Assembly: GCA_010093995.1 (NCBI GenBank)
Contig: ML992505.1
Coordinates: 808,273 to 872,272 of the forward strand
Direction of reading: 5' to 3'
Source: Elsinoe ampelina
Lineage: Eukaryota
DNA length: 64,000 nucleotides
The notes beneath the pieces were generated by a model, which saw only the letters and a program-made list of their open reading frames with translations, was not told the DNA's origin and did not search any database. Within the stretch, counting starts at the first letter, position 1; every line of letters starts with the position of its first letter. The position numbers and the translations under genes are program-made. Shown in pieces: positions 44,890 through 58,300 of this stretch.

Positions 44890-47800
44890 CTACCCCTCCA
44901 ACTTCAACTTCTCAAACTCCCCCAAACTCTTCTCATAATTCCCCACCTCGGCCTCCAAATCCCTCAACTTGGCCCTCTCCGTCTCCACCACCTGATAACT
45001 CACTTTGTCCGCGAACCCTTCCGCCTCCAACACCTTGCGCTGCTTCTTCACCCCCTCGCTCGCCTTCTGCATCTTCGTCTTTGCTTTGGCGATCTCGGCG
45101 TCCAGGTCTACGCGCCCGGCCACTTCGAGGTATGCCGAGGCAGAGGCGGAGATGGAGAAGACGGCGCAGCCCGTGGGAGGGGAGGACGTGGGCGGGAGGA
45201 TGGTGAGGTTTGCGAGGCCTTTGCCTGTGAGGGAGCGGATGGCGGACGTGTTGTTTGTGGCGGTTGTGTGGGAGGTGGGATCGGTGATGTGGAGGAATGC
45301 TGCAAGAGGGGTTAGTGTTTGCATCAGGGTCAAGGGAGATGGGGGCTTGCCTTTGCCGTCTTCTTTGATGCTGTACTCGGCGAGTAAGCTTCGGACGCCT
45401 TGCGAGCAGCCCAGGATGAGCTCATATGCCGCATCGCTCTCTTGGTCTTCTAGACTAGCGTCGTGCTCCGGGTAGTCTGCGATGACAATACTCTTGGTCG
45501 AGTCGTTTGGTCTGCGCGGCAGCCTTTGCCACAACTCTTCTGTCAAGAAGGGCATGAAGGGGTGCATCATGGTAAGTCCGGCTTCCAGAGCAGTGTATAG
45601 TGTGTCTACGGCAGACTTCTTCTCCTCTTCTGTGCCCTCGCGGATGATGCTCTTGCTGTTCTCAATGTACACATCGCAAAGGCAGTCATACCAGTAGTGA
45701 TACACTGTGCTCGTCGCCATTGAGAATTCGCGAGCAGTGAGAGCGGCGTTCACTTCCTTCGCAGCGCGGTTCATCTTGTGCAGGATCCATCGCTCGGCGA
45801 GGGACTCCTTGCCCGTTTTGCCACCCTTGGCTTGTGGTGTGTATCCCTCTGGCAGGTTACCAAGGACGTATTTCGTGGCTTGGTAAATCTTGTTGCAGAA
45901 TCGTCGGTAACCGTGCATGACCTTCACATCGAAAGCAATATCGCCGCCACCAGTCGTGTACTGGACTAGCGAGAACCGAAGAGCGTCGGCACCACACTCG
46001 GGAATACCTTGTGGGAAAGAGTCTTTTTGGTACTTCGTTGCCGTCTTCAATTCTTTCGGGTCCAGATTACCCTGCATCAGCTTGTCGTGGAGTTCCTGAA
46101 GAGTAATACCATCCATGATATCCACCGGGTCAATAACGTTGCCCAACGATTTTGACATCTTCCTTCCCTCCGAGTCACGGATCAAAGAATGGCAATAGAC
46201 CTCTGTAAATGGTACCTTTCCGGTAAGCTTGACACCAAGCATAATCATACGCGCCACCCAGAAGAAGAGAATGTCCCAGCCAGTCTCCAGCATCGATGTC
46301 GGGTATAGCTTCTCCAGATCATGCGTGTTCTTCGGCCAGCCGAGAGTCGAGAATGGCCACAGACCAGACGAGAACCAGGTGTCAAGACAATCAGGATCGC
46401 GTTGCAGCTCAAACTTCTTGCCGGGGAACTTCTTCTCTGCCTTTTGGTTCGCCTCCTCCAGAGTTCGGCCAGTCACCCATAGCTCGCCATCCGTCTCGTC
46501 CGTCTCTTGACCTTCAAGCTTGATCAGGTACGCAGGCACTTGATGACCCCACCAGAGTTGTCTTGACAAACACCAGTCTGTAATGTTGTTCATCCAGTGG
46601 TAGTAATTTCGCTCTGCGCCTTCTGGTCGGATCTTGATCTCGCCCTCTTTCACAACCTTGATCGCATCGTCTGCCAATTCTCGCATACGCATCCACCATT
46701 GCGGCTTCATGATTGGCTCGATGACATCCTTTGACTTTGCGCAAAGCGGTACCTTCATCGCGTTGTCCTGCTTCTTCACGAAAAGACCGAGCTTGGTCAG
46801 CTCATCCACAACGGTGTATCTTGTCTCGAAGCGCTTCTGGCCTGCGAAGCTGCCACCATTCTTGTTAATCACGCCGTCGTCTGTGAGAATATTGATGAAC
46901 TCCAGGTTGTGCTTCTTCCCGAGATTGAAATCGTTGGGGTCGTGCGCGGGTGTGATCTTGACAGCTCCGGTGCCGAACTCTGGGTCAACGTACTCGTCCG
47001 CAAAGATGGGAATAAGCCTGTCAATGAATGGATGCTTGACCTTTTTGCCGATGAGATGCTTATATCGCTCATCATTGGGGTGTACCGCCACACCAGTATC
47101 TCCCAGCATTGTCTCCGGACGTGTTGTCGCAACCTCGATAGTCTCGTCCGACCCATCCACAGGGTACTTGAAATGTGTGAGCACACCGAACTCAATCTTC
47201 CTGTCATAGCCCGGCACATCCAGCATGGTCCGACCTGTCAGCTCCTTGTTGTCGACTTCCAGGTTCGACAACGCCGTACTGAGCTTCGAGCACCAGTTCA
47301 CCAACCGATTACTCCTGTAAATATACCCCTCCTCGTGCATCCTCACAAACGTCTCCGTCACCGCCGCACTCAAATTCTCATCCATCGTAAACGCCTCCCT
47401 CGTCCAATCAAAACTCCCTCCCATCCTCTTCAGTACCTTGTTGATCTTCTGATGATACTCCTCCTTCCAATCCTGCACCGTCTCCACAAACCTCTCCCTC
47501 CCCAAATCATGCCTCGTCTTCTGCTGCCTCCTCCACAGCATATTCTCCACCACACTCTGCGTCGAGATACCAGCATGATCACACCCGGGTAGGAACAACG
47601 TCGTCAATCCCCTCATACGATTCCACCTGATCATCGTATCCTGCAAACTGGTCGCCAGCGCATGTCCACAGTGCAATGCTCCCGTGACATTCGGTGGCGG
47701 CTCGGGAATCACAAAGTAGCCCTTATCCTTGACCTCGCCATCCTTCTTGAACTCTGGCTCGTGAAACCCTTCCTTCTCCCACCAATCGTACCACGCGCTC

Positions 47801-48282
47801 TCCACCACACTCGGGATGTACGCCTTGTGGTACGCATCATCCAGCGGCGCGAGGATCTTCTTCTCCCCCTTGGGCGTCTGCTCGACGTACTTGGGGAGGA
47901 CTTCTTCCTCGGTCTTTTTGGCCTCTTTGCGCTTGCTGTTCTGTGCTGTGGCTGCCGCTTTGGCTTTCTTCGCGGCTTGCTTCTCTTCGAATTTGGCTTG
48001 TTTTTCGGCTTTGGCCCGTTCTTTGGCGAGCTCCTTTTCGGTCTTTTGCTTCACGGGCGCGGAGGGGTCGCCTACTACGGCGTCTTTGCCGGGTTGGGTG
48101 TGGCCTTTGGGGTCGGAGGCTGCGGCTGAGAGGATGGCATCTTTGGTTTCGGAGGAGACGGAGGGGGGCTGGCCTGTTACGGGACCAGTCTTCTCCCCAG
48201 CTGCAGGACGTGTCAGTATCGGCTATGCACATCGGACTGGGAGATCCCTACGGATATTGTGTGAAGCCCCGTTCACGGCCAT
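44890..48282 (-). CDS. VAS1: Valyl-tRNA synthetase
   Basis: [15 protein letters not shown] (HIGH), [20 protein letters not shown] 48282 with an intron ~48251-48201; probable GC-AG intron 45350-45300. Confidence 0.97.
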
Positions 48283-48956
48283 TTTTGTGAAGCTTCGGTA
48301 AAGTGGCCGTCTGACCACAGAGCGCAGGAGCAGCGCTCGAGAAAGTATGTTTGCAGAGCTTGCAGACAGATGACTAGTTCCTGTCGTCCACAAGCAATTG
48401 ACTTTGGAATATTGTCAAGCACAGATGATGCTGGTATCAATTGGCTTCAAGAGAGGTGGAATTTTGGACATTGACTCATGTGGGGAAATGAATGACTCGA
48501 CAGACGGCCCCTGAGGGGCAGGTATACCATGCAGACATTAGTTTCAGAAGAGGTCATGCAGGAGAAGAAAGAATCATGAATCCATACTTTGCTCGCTTGG
48601 GCAGCTATCGATCCTAATCATACTTGGTCGTAGCAAAGAGATGAATTTCCACAAGACGGCTACCCCTCCGTATCCCCAGTCCTCCTCCGCTTCGGCGCCA
48701 TGAATTGCCTGTCTGGAGACGGATCCACATTGGCATCAATACCTCCTTCAACTTGACTGCTACCTTGCATGGAAGCTCCTTCCATCTCTGTCGAATCGCG
48801 CTTGAGTGACGCACGAAGATTCTCAGCATCGGCTTCCGCTTGCTGAAGTGATAGACTCTGAATAGCTTCTGCCGTGTCTGTGGCCTGTGATGAAGCTCTT
48901 GGTGCTTTGACTTGTCTTTCCCTGACCTGATCTTTGTCAGATACCGCAGACCAGGA

Positions 48957-50171
48957 TCATGCATGCGGTGCGGAAGAGTTCTGGAGGGCGGCTTGACGGA
49001 CCGGAGCAAAGTACGGATGTGCCATTGCCTCCTTTGCAGTCAATCGTTCCTGTTACTGGTGAGTATTTATTATTAATATGAGGGATTGCTGATGCTCACC
49101 TGATGGTCATATCTTAACAGCTTGTCGAGAAAGTCTATCGCATCGTTGCTCACGAATCGCTGATTTTCCGAATTGACAAAGCTGTGCCAGCTCTTCTTGG
49201 GGAATCGTCCAAGAATGTCGACGTACTGTGGATCAAGCTCGATCTCGTACTTGTCAATATAGTCAAACAGATCTTCGGTTCCGAGGACCTTAGCAATCTT
49301 CACCAGCTGATCCGAATTGCTGTTGCCGTGGAAGAAGGGTTCTTTGCGGAAGATCATCGAAGCGAACATGGCACCGAGCGACCACATGTCAAGCGAGTAG
49401 TCATACTCCTGAAAGTCCACGAGAAGTTCTGGTCCCTTGAAGTATCGAGATGCCACTCTGACGTTGTACTCCGTTCCCGCGTGGTAGAATTCTGCAAGAC
49501 CCCAATCGATGAGTCGCAACTTTCGCTTCTCATGGTCGATCATAACGTTATGAGGCTTGACATCTCGATGCATGATTCCCTTGCTATGGCAGAAGTCCAG
49601 CGCCTATGACATGTCAGCGTAGACCCGCGTGACCTTTCTTGTCTGCACCCACCTTGAGCAGTTCGTAGATGTAGTACCGTACATCATAGTCGACGAATTT
49701 CGGGTACAGGCTTCTAAAATCGGTGTTGTTGACACATTCGAATATCAAGCTCGGCGTCTTGCTCTGGCTATCCCGTACCACATCCAGCAGAGCAACAATA
49801 TTTGGTCCTCCACTAAGGTTCTGCAGGATCTTGATCTCACGCTTTATCTTCTTCTTCTTGACCGGTTTGAGGACCTTGATGACACACTTTTGGTAATTGA
49901 CGACATTGATCCCTTCGAAGACTTCAGAGTACTTTCCCCTTCCTGCGGCCTATCAGCACATGCGATCAAACGCGCAATTGTCCAACGGTCCGTATCAATC
50001 TAACCAGGTGAATTGCGCCGTATGTGACGGGACAAACATACCAATCTTTCTCACCACCTCGTAGTTCTCCAGCACTCCCCAGGATATATTCACAGAATCG
50101 TAGTCCCAATAGGATCGTGGCATGTTCTGGTTGACATCCGCATAAACGCGGGCAATGCTAGGCGAAGCCAT
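48957..50171 (-). CDS. CKA1: Casein kinase II catalytic alpha subunit, multi-exon
   Basis: [69 protein letters not shown]. Confidence 0.97.
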
Positions 50172-50590
50172 CGCGACGGTGTGCGAGCCCGCCGGCAGGG
50201 TTGGGAAGAATGTCAATCGCTAGGGAAAGTGTCGCAGGTGGTTGACAATGATCGCTCAAATACAAGAAGCAAGCCAGGTAGGTGCAATGGCAAATTTTGG
50301 TGTCGAAGCGACGCAAGCACTGTTGGCCGCGCGATGGTGTGAGAGAAGAAGCAAGCGTTGGTGGGGGTTCGAAGTCGTGGATGACGAGACTGAGCAATTT
50401 CTCTTGGCGACAGAAATGCGGCTCTGCGAAAATAAATGCACGCGACTTCACATAGCTCCCATCCACCGTCACGAGCAAACATCCACTTCCGCACGCCTGA
50501 AACAGCGCATGCACTCTCCCATGCGACCATGAAACCTCGACTGCCTCCCAACATCACCCACCAGCTCCTGCCCTCGCAGAGCTCCCCACC

Positions 50591-51511
50591 ATGTTCTACG
50601 ACCTGAACATCCCCTTCACCACCGCGACCGACCCCGAACTGCCACGCACCCTCCACTTCCTCTCCGAACTCGGCTACACCGTCATCGCCCTCAACCACAC
50701 CCTGACCACCAAACTCCCCGCGACCCTCACCTCCCCGATCCCCCGCGTCCTCCCCTTCCCCGTCCCCGCAACCCTCACCATCCTCCACCGCCTCACCCTC
50801 CCCCTCACGACCCCCCTCTCCAACGCCCGCCTCAAGTCCCTCAGCGCAGACTACGACCTCCTCGCCCTCCGCCCGACAGACGAGAAGACGTTCCAGCAAG
50901 CCTGCGCGACGCTGGACGGGGACATCATCAGTCTTGACCTCTCGCAACGACTGCCGTTTCCGTTCAAATTCAAGCCACTCTCGGAGGCGGTGAAGAGGGG
51001 GGTCAGGGTGGAGGTGAGCTACGCGCAGGCCGTGGCGGGGGATGCGAATGCGAGGAGGAATGTGATTAGTAATGTCACCGGACTGGTGAGGGGGAGTAGG
51101 GGACGTGGGTTGGTGGTGGGGAGTGAGGCGAGGAGGGCGGTGGAGTTGAGGGGCCCGTGGGATGTGGTGAATCTATTGGCGGTGTGGGGGTTGGGGCAGG
51201 AGAGGGGGTATGAGGCTGTGACGAAGGAGGCGAGGGGGGTGGTGGTTGTAGCGGGGTTGAAGAGGAGGGGTTGGAGGGGGGTGGTGGATGTTGTGGATGG
51301 AGGGGAGGAGGAGAAGATGTTACGGGAGGGAAAGGGGAGGGAGGGAAATGGGGTGAAAAGCGATACAGGCAAGGTCAATGGGAAGCGCAAAGCGGAGGAG
51401 ATGGAGGAGATACCCGCGCCGGTTGTCAAGGGGGATAAACCTTTGTCGAAACGAGAGATGAAGAGGAGAGCAAAAGCCGCCAAAGAAGCCGCTGCTGCTG
51501 TGCAGGATTGA
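50591..51511 (+). CDS. RPP1: RNase P/MRP subunit p30
   Basis: MFYDLNIP, ELGYTVIALN, YDLLALRP, DIISLDL, LRGPWDVVNL. Confidence 0.93.
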   Translation: MFYDLNIPFTTATDPELPRTLHFLSELGYTVIALNHTLTTKLPATLTSPIPRVLPFPVPATLTILHRLTLPLTTPLSNARLKSLSADYDLLALRPTDEKTFQQACATLDGDIISLDLSQRLPFPFKFKPLSEAVKRGVRVEVSYAQAVAGDANARRNVISNVTGLVRGSRGRGLVVGSEARRAVELRGPWDVVNLLAVWGLGQERGYEAVTKEARGVVVVAGLKRRGWRGVVDVVDGGEEEKMLREGKGREGNGVKSDTGKVNGKRKAEEMEEIPAPVVKGDKPLSKREMKRRAKAAKEAAAAVQD

Positions 51512-51604
51512 GATGTGGATGTCAAGAGGGAACGATTCAAATTGCCGCCGATTCGGGGCCTATAAATGCTATGGCTTTGCCGATACCACGTGCAATGCAC
51601 GTAT

Positions 51605-54097
51605 CTACCGTTCAGCTTTCTCTTCGTGATCATCCTCCTCCTCCTCTTCTTCTTCGTCTCTGTACCGATCGTCATCTTCGTCGCCTACTGAGAAGACATC
51701 CTCGTCTTCACTGCCTTCTGCGAATGCATCATAGAGCTCGCCAGCTCTTCGCTTCCTTCTTGCACCTCCACCGTTCATCAAGCCGCCCCGCGCATCGTCG
51801 TCATCGGCTTCGTCCTCGTCGAGCATCTCAAACTCGTACTCATCCCTCGCATTGCGCCGGTTACGTCGGCGGGTTATAATGTACCACGCTGCCAGAGAGA
51901 CACAGAAGACGACTATAAGAGCGAAAGCACCATAGATCCAGACTTGTGTCTTCTTAGATGCGCCGAAAGTGGGGAATGGCGAGGGGAATAGGTTGGGATC
52001 TTTCTCTTTGTCTGGATCAGGAACGGGTAGGCCTTCACTCGGTGGCGAAGATTCTGTCGGCTTGGAGCTGGCATCCGAGGTTGTTGTCGGTTTGGCGTTG
52101 ACTGGTCGATCTGGATGATCGGTGGGGTTGCCTTGAGGCTCGCCTGTAGGATGGGTGTCGCCATGGGTGATTGTGCTGACGCTGGCTGTAGTCGTCTCGG
52201 AGTCGTGATCATCGTCTTCGTGAGCATCGGGCATCGGTAGCAGCTCTTGCTTGTCGCCATCGATAGCTTCGCCCCACAGACGTAGTCGCCAGTCGGTGAA
52301 CGTCCCGGAGTGCTCGTTCTGGTTAGTGTCTTTCACCACCACAGTCCAGGTTCCGACTCCGCTTTCGCCCCAGTGAGCGACTGACATAAACGTCCAGTCG
52401 ACATAACCAGATTTGGCATCATCATTCCTGCGAGGAGTTGCAATGTGTGACACGATACCTGCAGGAGATCGCAGCTCTACACTGAGATCACCACGTCTGG
52501 TGTGCGCAACATTCATCGTGACAGTGACGTGCTCCAGACGCTCGAGATTCGCTTTCTGCAGCATCTCTTCTGTGACGTCGAAGTGGGAAGCAAGACCTTC
52601 TGGCCCTTGAGGAATAGCGTGTCGAACGTGCATCCAAGGAGACCAGAACCAGGCTTGCGGCTTCACGCTCTTCCACTTCTTAGCAAGCTCTACCACCGCC
52701 CATGCATCAATTTTACCATAGCCGTACTGGTGGCTGAACTTCTTCCCTAGTGGTGTATCCTGCCACTCACCACCTGCTTCGTCCAATGGTATGGCAGTCT
52801 GCATGGTAATGTACTGGAAATCTCTCCAGTGCAGATCGGGTCGTGCTTCCAGGACGAGAGCATAGATACCAGCGACGAGTGGTCCGGCCGCAGAGGTACC
52901 TCCATGTCTCACGTAGCAGTCCGTCTTGCCGACGTCGGTAGTGTGAATGGCATCGCCAGATCCAGAGCTGTACGTCACGACCAACTGGGCCGAGCATTTC
53001 TCGCTATAGTATGGATGCAGTCCTTTACGGTCAATGCCTCCCACAGAGACGCTGTAGATGCTGTTCGTGTATCCATCGAAATTGCAGTCATCATCACTCG
53101 CGGCGCCGTTCCCGATGGCAAAGACGAAGAGACTTCCTAGACCCTTTCGACCTTTCTGAATGCCGTTCAGCATAGCCTTGCGGATCAGAATACCAGGCGC
53201 TTCCATGCTTCTACCATCATCCGGCGGTCCCCAAGAGCAAGAGTAGATCTGATTGTCCTGCATCTTGTAATTGAGTGCAAGCGCCTCATCAGCGTCGGAT
53301 ATGACGGCTGACAATATACGCACACCGGAGACCTTTCCATCATAAGCGACCCCAACACCACATACATTGTTCTTTGCTGCAGAGATCTCGCCAGCACATC
53401 GAGTACCGTGCCTGTCATCGTCCAGGCGAGGTTTCGGGTCGGGTCCAGGATTGTTGTAATCCCAAGATCCCTCGGCAAAGTAGTTGGGCTTCAGGTCGTC
53501 ACTCTCAAAGTCCAAACCGTCGTCGATGATACAGCTTATAGATCCCTTTCCGGTTATGCCTGATTGCCATACACCAGTCACGTTGATGTCGTTTCCGATC
53601 TCGGCAGGATTGTAGAGATGCCATTGGTCCTTGAAGATGGGATCTTCGATACCCAGCGACTTTGCAATATCCAGGCCCTTCTGAACACTGGAGCTTGTGG
53701 GAGGGTCTTGAGCATCTCGTGCTTCTCGGTAATCTCTTGGGACTGCTCGTTTATGCAATTTCTTCCGCCGGACTTGCTTTTGCTTGAACAGTATGTGGTC
53801 CAGCTCATCCTCCTGTTCCCATCCTGGCGATCGTTTCCTCCTCTTCAACCTTAGATCTGTGATGGCGTCGGACACTAGATCCTGGTTGCATTTTGGTGCT
53901 TCGAGTAAAAAGTGATTCTCGAGTTCGCCTAGGGCGCTATGCAATTTCAGACCCAGCCTCCGCGCAACATGCTCGGCCGACTTTCCAGGGGCTACTTCGA
54001 TTGCATAGTAGTCGCTCTTGTCCCAGTCGGCACCGATTAAAGAAGCTGAGCCAGACGAGAAGAAGGCCGCCAACAGGGCGAGGAAGGATATTTGCAT
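51605..54097 (-). CDS. KEX2: Kexin (proprotein convertase)
   Basis: Signal peptide, LHKR pro-site, IIDDG, HGTRCAGE, HGGTSAAGP, P-domain, TM and acidic tail with YEF motif. Confidence 0.97.
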   Translation of the reverse strand: MQISFLALLAAFFSSGSASLIGADWDKSDYYAIEVAPGKSAEHVARRLGLKLHSALGELENHFLLEAPKCNQDLVSDAITDLRLKRRKRSPGWEQEDELDHILFKQKQVRRKKLHKRAVPRDYREARDAQDPPTSSSVQKGLDIAKSLGIEDPIFKDQWHLYNPAEIGNDINVTGVWQSGITGKGSISCIIDDGLDFESDDLKPNYFAEGSWDYNNPGPDPKPRLDDDRHGTRCAGEISAAKNNVCGVGVAYDGKVSGVRILSAVISDADEALALNYKMQDNQIYSCSWGPPDDGRSMEAPGILIRKAMLNGIQKGRKGLGSLFVFAIGNGAASDDDCNFDGYTNSIYSVSVGGIDRKGLHPYYSEKCSAQLVVTYSSGSGDAIHTTDVGKTDCYVRHGGTSAAGPLVAGIYALVLEARPDLHWRDFQYITMQTAIPLDEAGGEWQDTPLGKKFSHQYGYGKIDAWAVVELAKKWKSVKPQAWFWSPWMHVRHAIPQGPEGLASHFDVTEEMLQKANLERLEHVTVTMNVAHTRRGDLSVELRSPAGIVSHIATPRRNDDAKSGYVDWTFMSVAHWGESGVGTWTVVVKDTNQNEHSGTFTDWRLRLWGEAIDGDKQELLPMPDAHEDDDHDSETTTASVSTITHGDTHPTGEPQGNPTDHPDRPVNAKPTTTSDASSKPTESSPPSEGLPVPDPDKEKDPNLFPSPFPTFGASKKTQVWIYGAFALIVVFCVSLAAWYIITRRRNRRNARDEYEFEMLDEDEADDDDARGGLMNGGGARRKRRAGELYDAFAEGSEDEDVFSVGDEDDDRYRDEEEEEEEDDHEEKAER

Positions 54098-55355
54098 ATT
54101 CGTGTTCGATCACCTCATAGCGCTGCAAGAAGCCTCCAGGAATCTCAGGCCGGGCAAAGGAACGTGGTTGTTGCGGCGGTCCTTTTAAAAAAAAAAAGGT
54201 ACCCGGTCTAACGTTCTAGAAGAGGTGTCCTTGGAATACAGTATGTTGTCGCAGGCCGTTCAAACCGGGGAACGCGCGGTCATTCGAGACAAAACGACAA
54301 AGACGATATAAAGAATGCTGTTGGGGAGAAGTACTATACAAGGCGAGGTACGGGTTGAATTGTGTCTTCAAAAGATGGTCGAGGGATATGTGGCCTCTGG
54401 ATGTGGCCTTGTCTGGAGAAGCTTGAGCACGAGGCTCTGAGCCTTTGGCCTGTGATGAGAAGCAACGTGAACCCTGACGAATTCGGCTTTGAATAATCCA
54501 CTTGCCTGTTACGGTGCTAGCGTCGAAATCAGAAGAGCCGCATGTGATTGGTCGTTTTTACTAATAACGTGATTTGCTCTCAGCAAGTCAAAGAATGCAA
54601 CAGGAGCGACAACTCGTCGAGGGTTGACCTACCATTCTCCTAGACTGTCCGTAAATTCACTCGCGCGGTCAAGATATGCCGGAATCGATGTATCAAGAAT
54701 ACAATTGGCCCGAGCATGTACCTGCCGCCACGCGAACATGAAGCTTTCGAGCCGATTCTCCGCACCAAAAAAAAAGGTGACAGCTCAGGTCTGGACTCTG
54801 GAGCTCGCCCGTTGCTCCCGGTCCACCAAAAACGGACATGGCCAAACCAAACCAAACACTTCTTTTCTTCTCTAGAATTTGCCATGACTGCTCACTGCCG
54901 TTCTTGAATCAGTATACAAGTCGGTGCGACTCGATTGTTGTGTTCTGCTAATTATCCAATTGGCCCACGTCTCTTCTCCAGCAAGTATGACGAGGTAATC
55001 TGCCGTGGTCCTGACGCCTCCCAGCCACACCAAAAGACACCAAAAGACCGACGTGCATATGGTGCACCTCATGACCTAGATTCTTGATTTTCTGTAGATC
55101 TGCATACACTTGCCCGCCTTTGCTTTTCGGACATTGTATCAAACATCAATTGTCTCTCTGCAGTCTTCTTTCTCCGACTGCATTTGTGCGACGGGCATGA
55201 TTGCTGACCGCTAATTGAATTGCGACTTCCAGATCCGCTTCTCTGCAGCTGCATCACGAACTCCGAGGCCGATACCGACCGACTACCACAGACCTTCGCC
55301 CTCAAATTATAATTGAGCATGGATTCATAGCAGCAATATCACATCGCATCCGAAC

Positions 55356-58300
55356 ATGGAAACATCTTACAGAAGACAGCCAAAAGGCTCATTCTCCGAA
55401 CGAGCGGGATACAACCCGGACCTCGACTACAACGCAGATCCCCATGCCGCAGATGATGCTCTTCCTGCGCAACGGCGACAGAACACAAGCGCGCATCGGG
55501 TCAGAGAGCCTCAAGCAGCTCTCCATGTTCCAAAACCCAGGAGCTATTTTCCAGAACCAGACGCAAGCAGTCCAAACGACCATTCCGCTCGACATCATCG
55601 CCAACCAACTCGACCGACTGTCAGCATACCGAACAATACCTCCGGACAGCAATTCTCGCCGAATGTCATTAGTCCCATGGACCGCACGAACCAGGTCCGG
55701 CGAAGCTCATTACAGGACAGATCTCCTCTGCAGAAGTTAGAGGGCAAGTTGGGAGATATCAGCAAGGAGGAGAAAAGAGCGAGAGCGGAAGAAGCCGAAC
55801 ACCGAGCGAGGCAGAAGCATGCGGAAAAGCGTGGTCATAGAGACGCTCGCGATCAGAGGCGTCATGTCTCGGATATCAGCCAGGGCTTTGCCGGGGAGCA
55901 ATATGCAAATGCTTCTGCCCATCGCAGGAATATCACCGACCCTTCCAGAAGACAGCATGAGCGATACAATGAAGACGTAACCCAGGATGCGGAGGTATAC
56001 CCCGACATGCAAGGCAGGACCCCATCTCAGAAGAAACGAAGATCTCTGGCCGACGACGGACGTAGACGCTTCAGCCAGGCATCCGAAGCTCTGCGTGAAC
56101 ATAGCCATAGCTCAAGAAGCGACGAGAATTCACCGGACGGCACAAACGGAAACCATGACTTTGCGACAAGATCGCCGCAGGATTCTCGACATGCGGATGA
56201 TATCCATCGTGCGCATTCTCGTCGAGTCCCTCAGAACCAACGGAATAATATCCAAGATCCGGCCGCTGTGGCTCGCTCAGACAGCCGTCGTCTTCAGAAG
56301 AACAAAGCTACCGCAGAGTACCCGACAGGACAACGACAAGCATCACAAATTCCCCATGCTCAACAGCAACTACAGTCAGACCGCGTGGGTACCCGGGCCG
56401 GTGGCAAGAATGTCAACACTGATGGAGACGATGACCTTATTGCACCCAATACTGTGCTGACGAACAATGCCCACGGTCCGACTTATCAAGTCCCTCCCCA
56501 GACTGCCACAGCTCGTGATGCTAGAAGCAGGGTAGAGCCAGACTTTAGAGCTCATCAAAGTGGGCAAGGAGCACCCCATGGATCGAACGCTGTTCAAAGA
56601 CAGCCTCAGCGACACAGCAACCCTCAAATCCCTGTAAGAACGTTTGACGAGTGGCGAACAGCTGGAGTTGCCAAATTGGAACTGGAAGATCTCTCTCTGG
56701 ATGACGCCAATACGCGAAACAATCGACAAAATTCAAGAACACATGCTGCCTACGATGGTGCGGAGAGCAAGGGCCCTGGAAATTATCAGCCCGCTCTATA
56801 TGTCAAGTGTGGACCGCTCCTCCGCTACAAGGGTCTGAGAAGAGAGCGTAGATCGCGACAAGGAGATGTGGTCGTAGAGAGGGAACTGTGGCGTGGTTCG
56901 ATCATGCTTGTCACAGTCGATCAACACTCTTCCTACTCTGCCCCGGTCCTCAAACTGTTCGCTCAGCCCGCAGATCTCTTGCATCCACCTTCCAACACAC
57001 GCGATTTACCCTCTGAGTACGACGATCCTGTTGCTGGAGAGGTCAAGCCTTCGAGAACAGGTCAGCCACTGTACGTCAAGCCGATCGAATCGATTCCGGG
57101 ACTTGTCGACCTATCTCAGGAAGAAGGGGACGAAGGTCTTTTCGAGTCTTATCGATCCTCTGACAACAAGTCTCGCGTCAAGAGCAGAGATGGTGAGAAG
57201 GCAGGAAAGTTCAAGGAGGTCAAGGGTGCTCGTCTCCATGCTGAAAGGGGTCTCACGTTCTGGCGCTTCAACATCGAAATCGAGCTGGGTCTCACTCAAG
57301 CTCGGATTGCGTATCGAATCAATGGTGGTGCTGCGACCGCTTTCTGGGTACCTGCTCGTGGCTCAACCATGAACATCATGTTCCACTCTTGCAATGGTTT
57401 CAGTCTGTCGGTTGATCCCAACTCTTTCTCTGGCCCGGATCCGCTTTGGCGCGATGTCCTCAACAGCCATGCTATGAAGCCGTATCATGTCATGATCGGC
57501 GGGGGCGATCAGGTCTACAATGACCGTGTCATGAGGGAGACCAACCTGTTCCGCGAATGGCTTCAGATCAAGAACCCTCAGCACAAGCACGAAGCAGAAT
57601 TTACCAAGGAGATGCAGAACGAGTTGGAGAATTTCTACCTCGATCGCTACTCTCTCTGGTTCTCGCAGGGGCTGTTCGGTATGGCCAACAGTCAGATCCC
57701 CATGATCAACATGTGGGATGACCACGATATAATCGACGGCTATGGCTCTTATCCAGATCACTTCATGCGCAACAAGGTTTTCACAGGACTCGGAGCCATA
57801 GCTTTCAAGTACTATATGCTCTTCCAGCACCAGAGCGTATCTGCCGAGACATTCCAAGAGGAGCCTTCATGGGTTTTGGGCGCCTCTCCAGGCCCCTACA
57901 TCCATCAGCACAGCCGTAATGTCTTCATGTTCTTGGGGCGACGTGTCGCTTTCCTTGGTTTGGACTGCAGGACAGAACGCCGACGTGATGAGGTCCTATG
58001 TCAAGGCACCTACGATCTCATCTTCAATCGATGCAGAGCGGAGATTGTCAAGGGCGAGACGAAGCATCTGATCGTGCTTCTCACCGTCCCCATCGCCTAC
58101 CCTCGGCTCAATTTCCTCGAGAACATTCTGACATCTCGAGTAATGGACCCCATTAAGGCGATCGGCCGTGCAGGTGCCCTTGGGCTTGGTGGCATGATGA
58201 ACAAGTTTGATGGTGGTGTTGAGATTCTTGATGATCTGGACGACCACTGGACTGCCAAACATCACAAGCAAGAACGCAATTGGTTCATCCAAGAGCTGCA

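Noticed and set aside
51605..54097. KEX2 lying near a putative Kex2 substrate and OCH1
   Set aside because: Separated by unrelated housekeeping genes; no evidence that linkage is functional.
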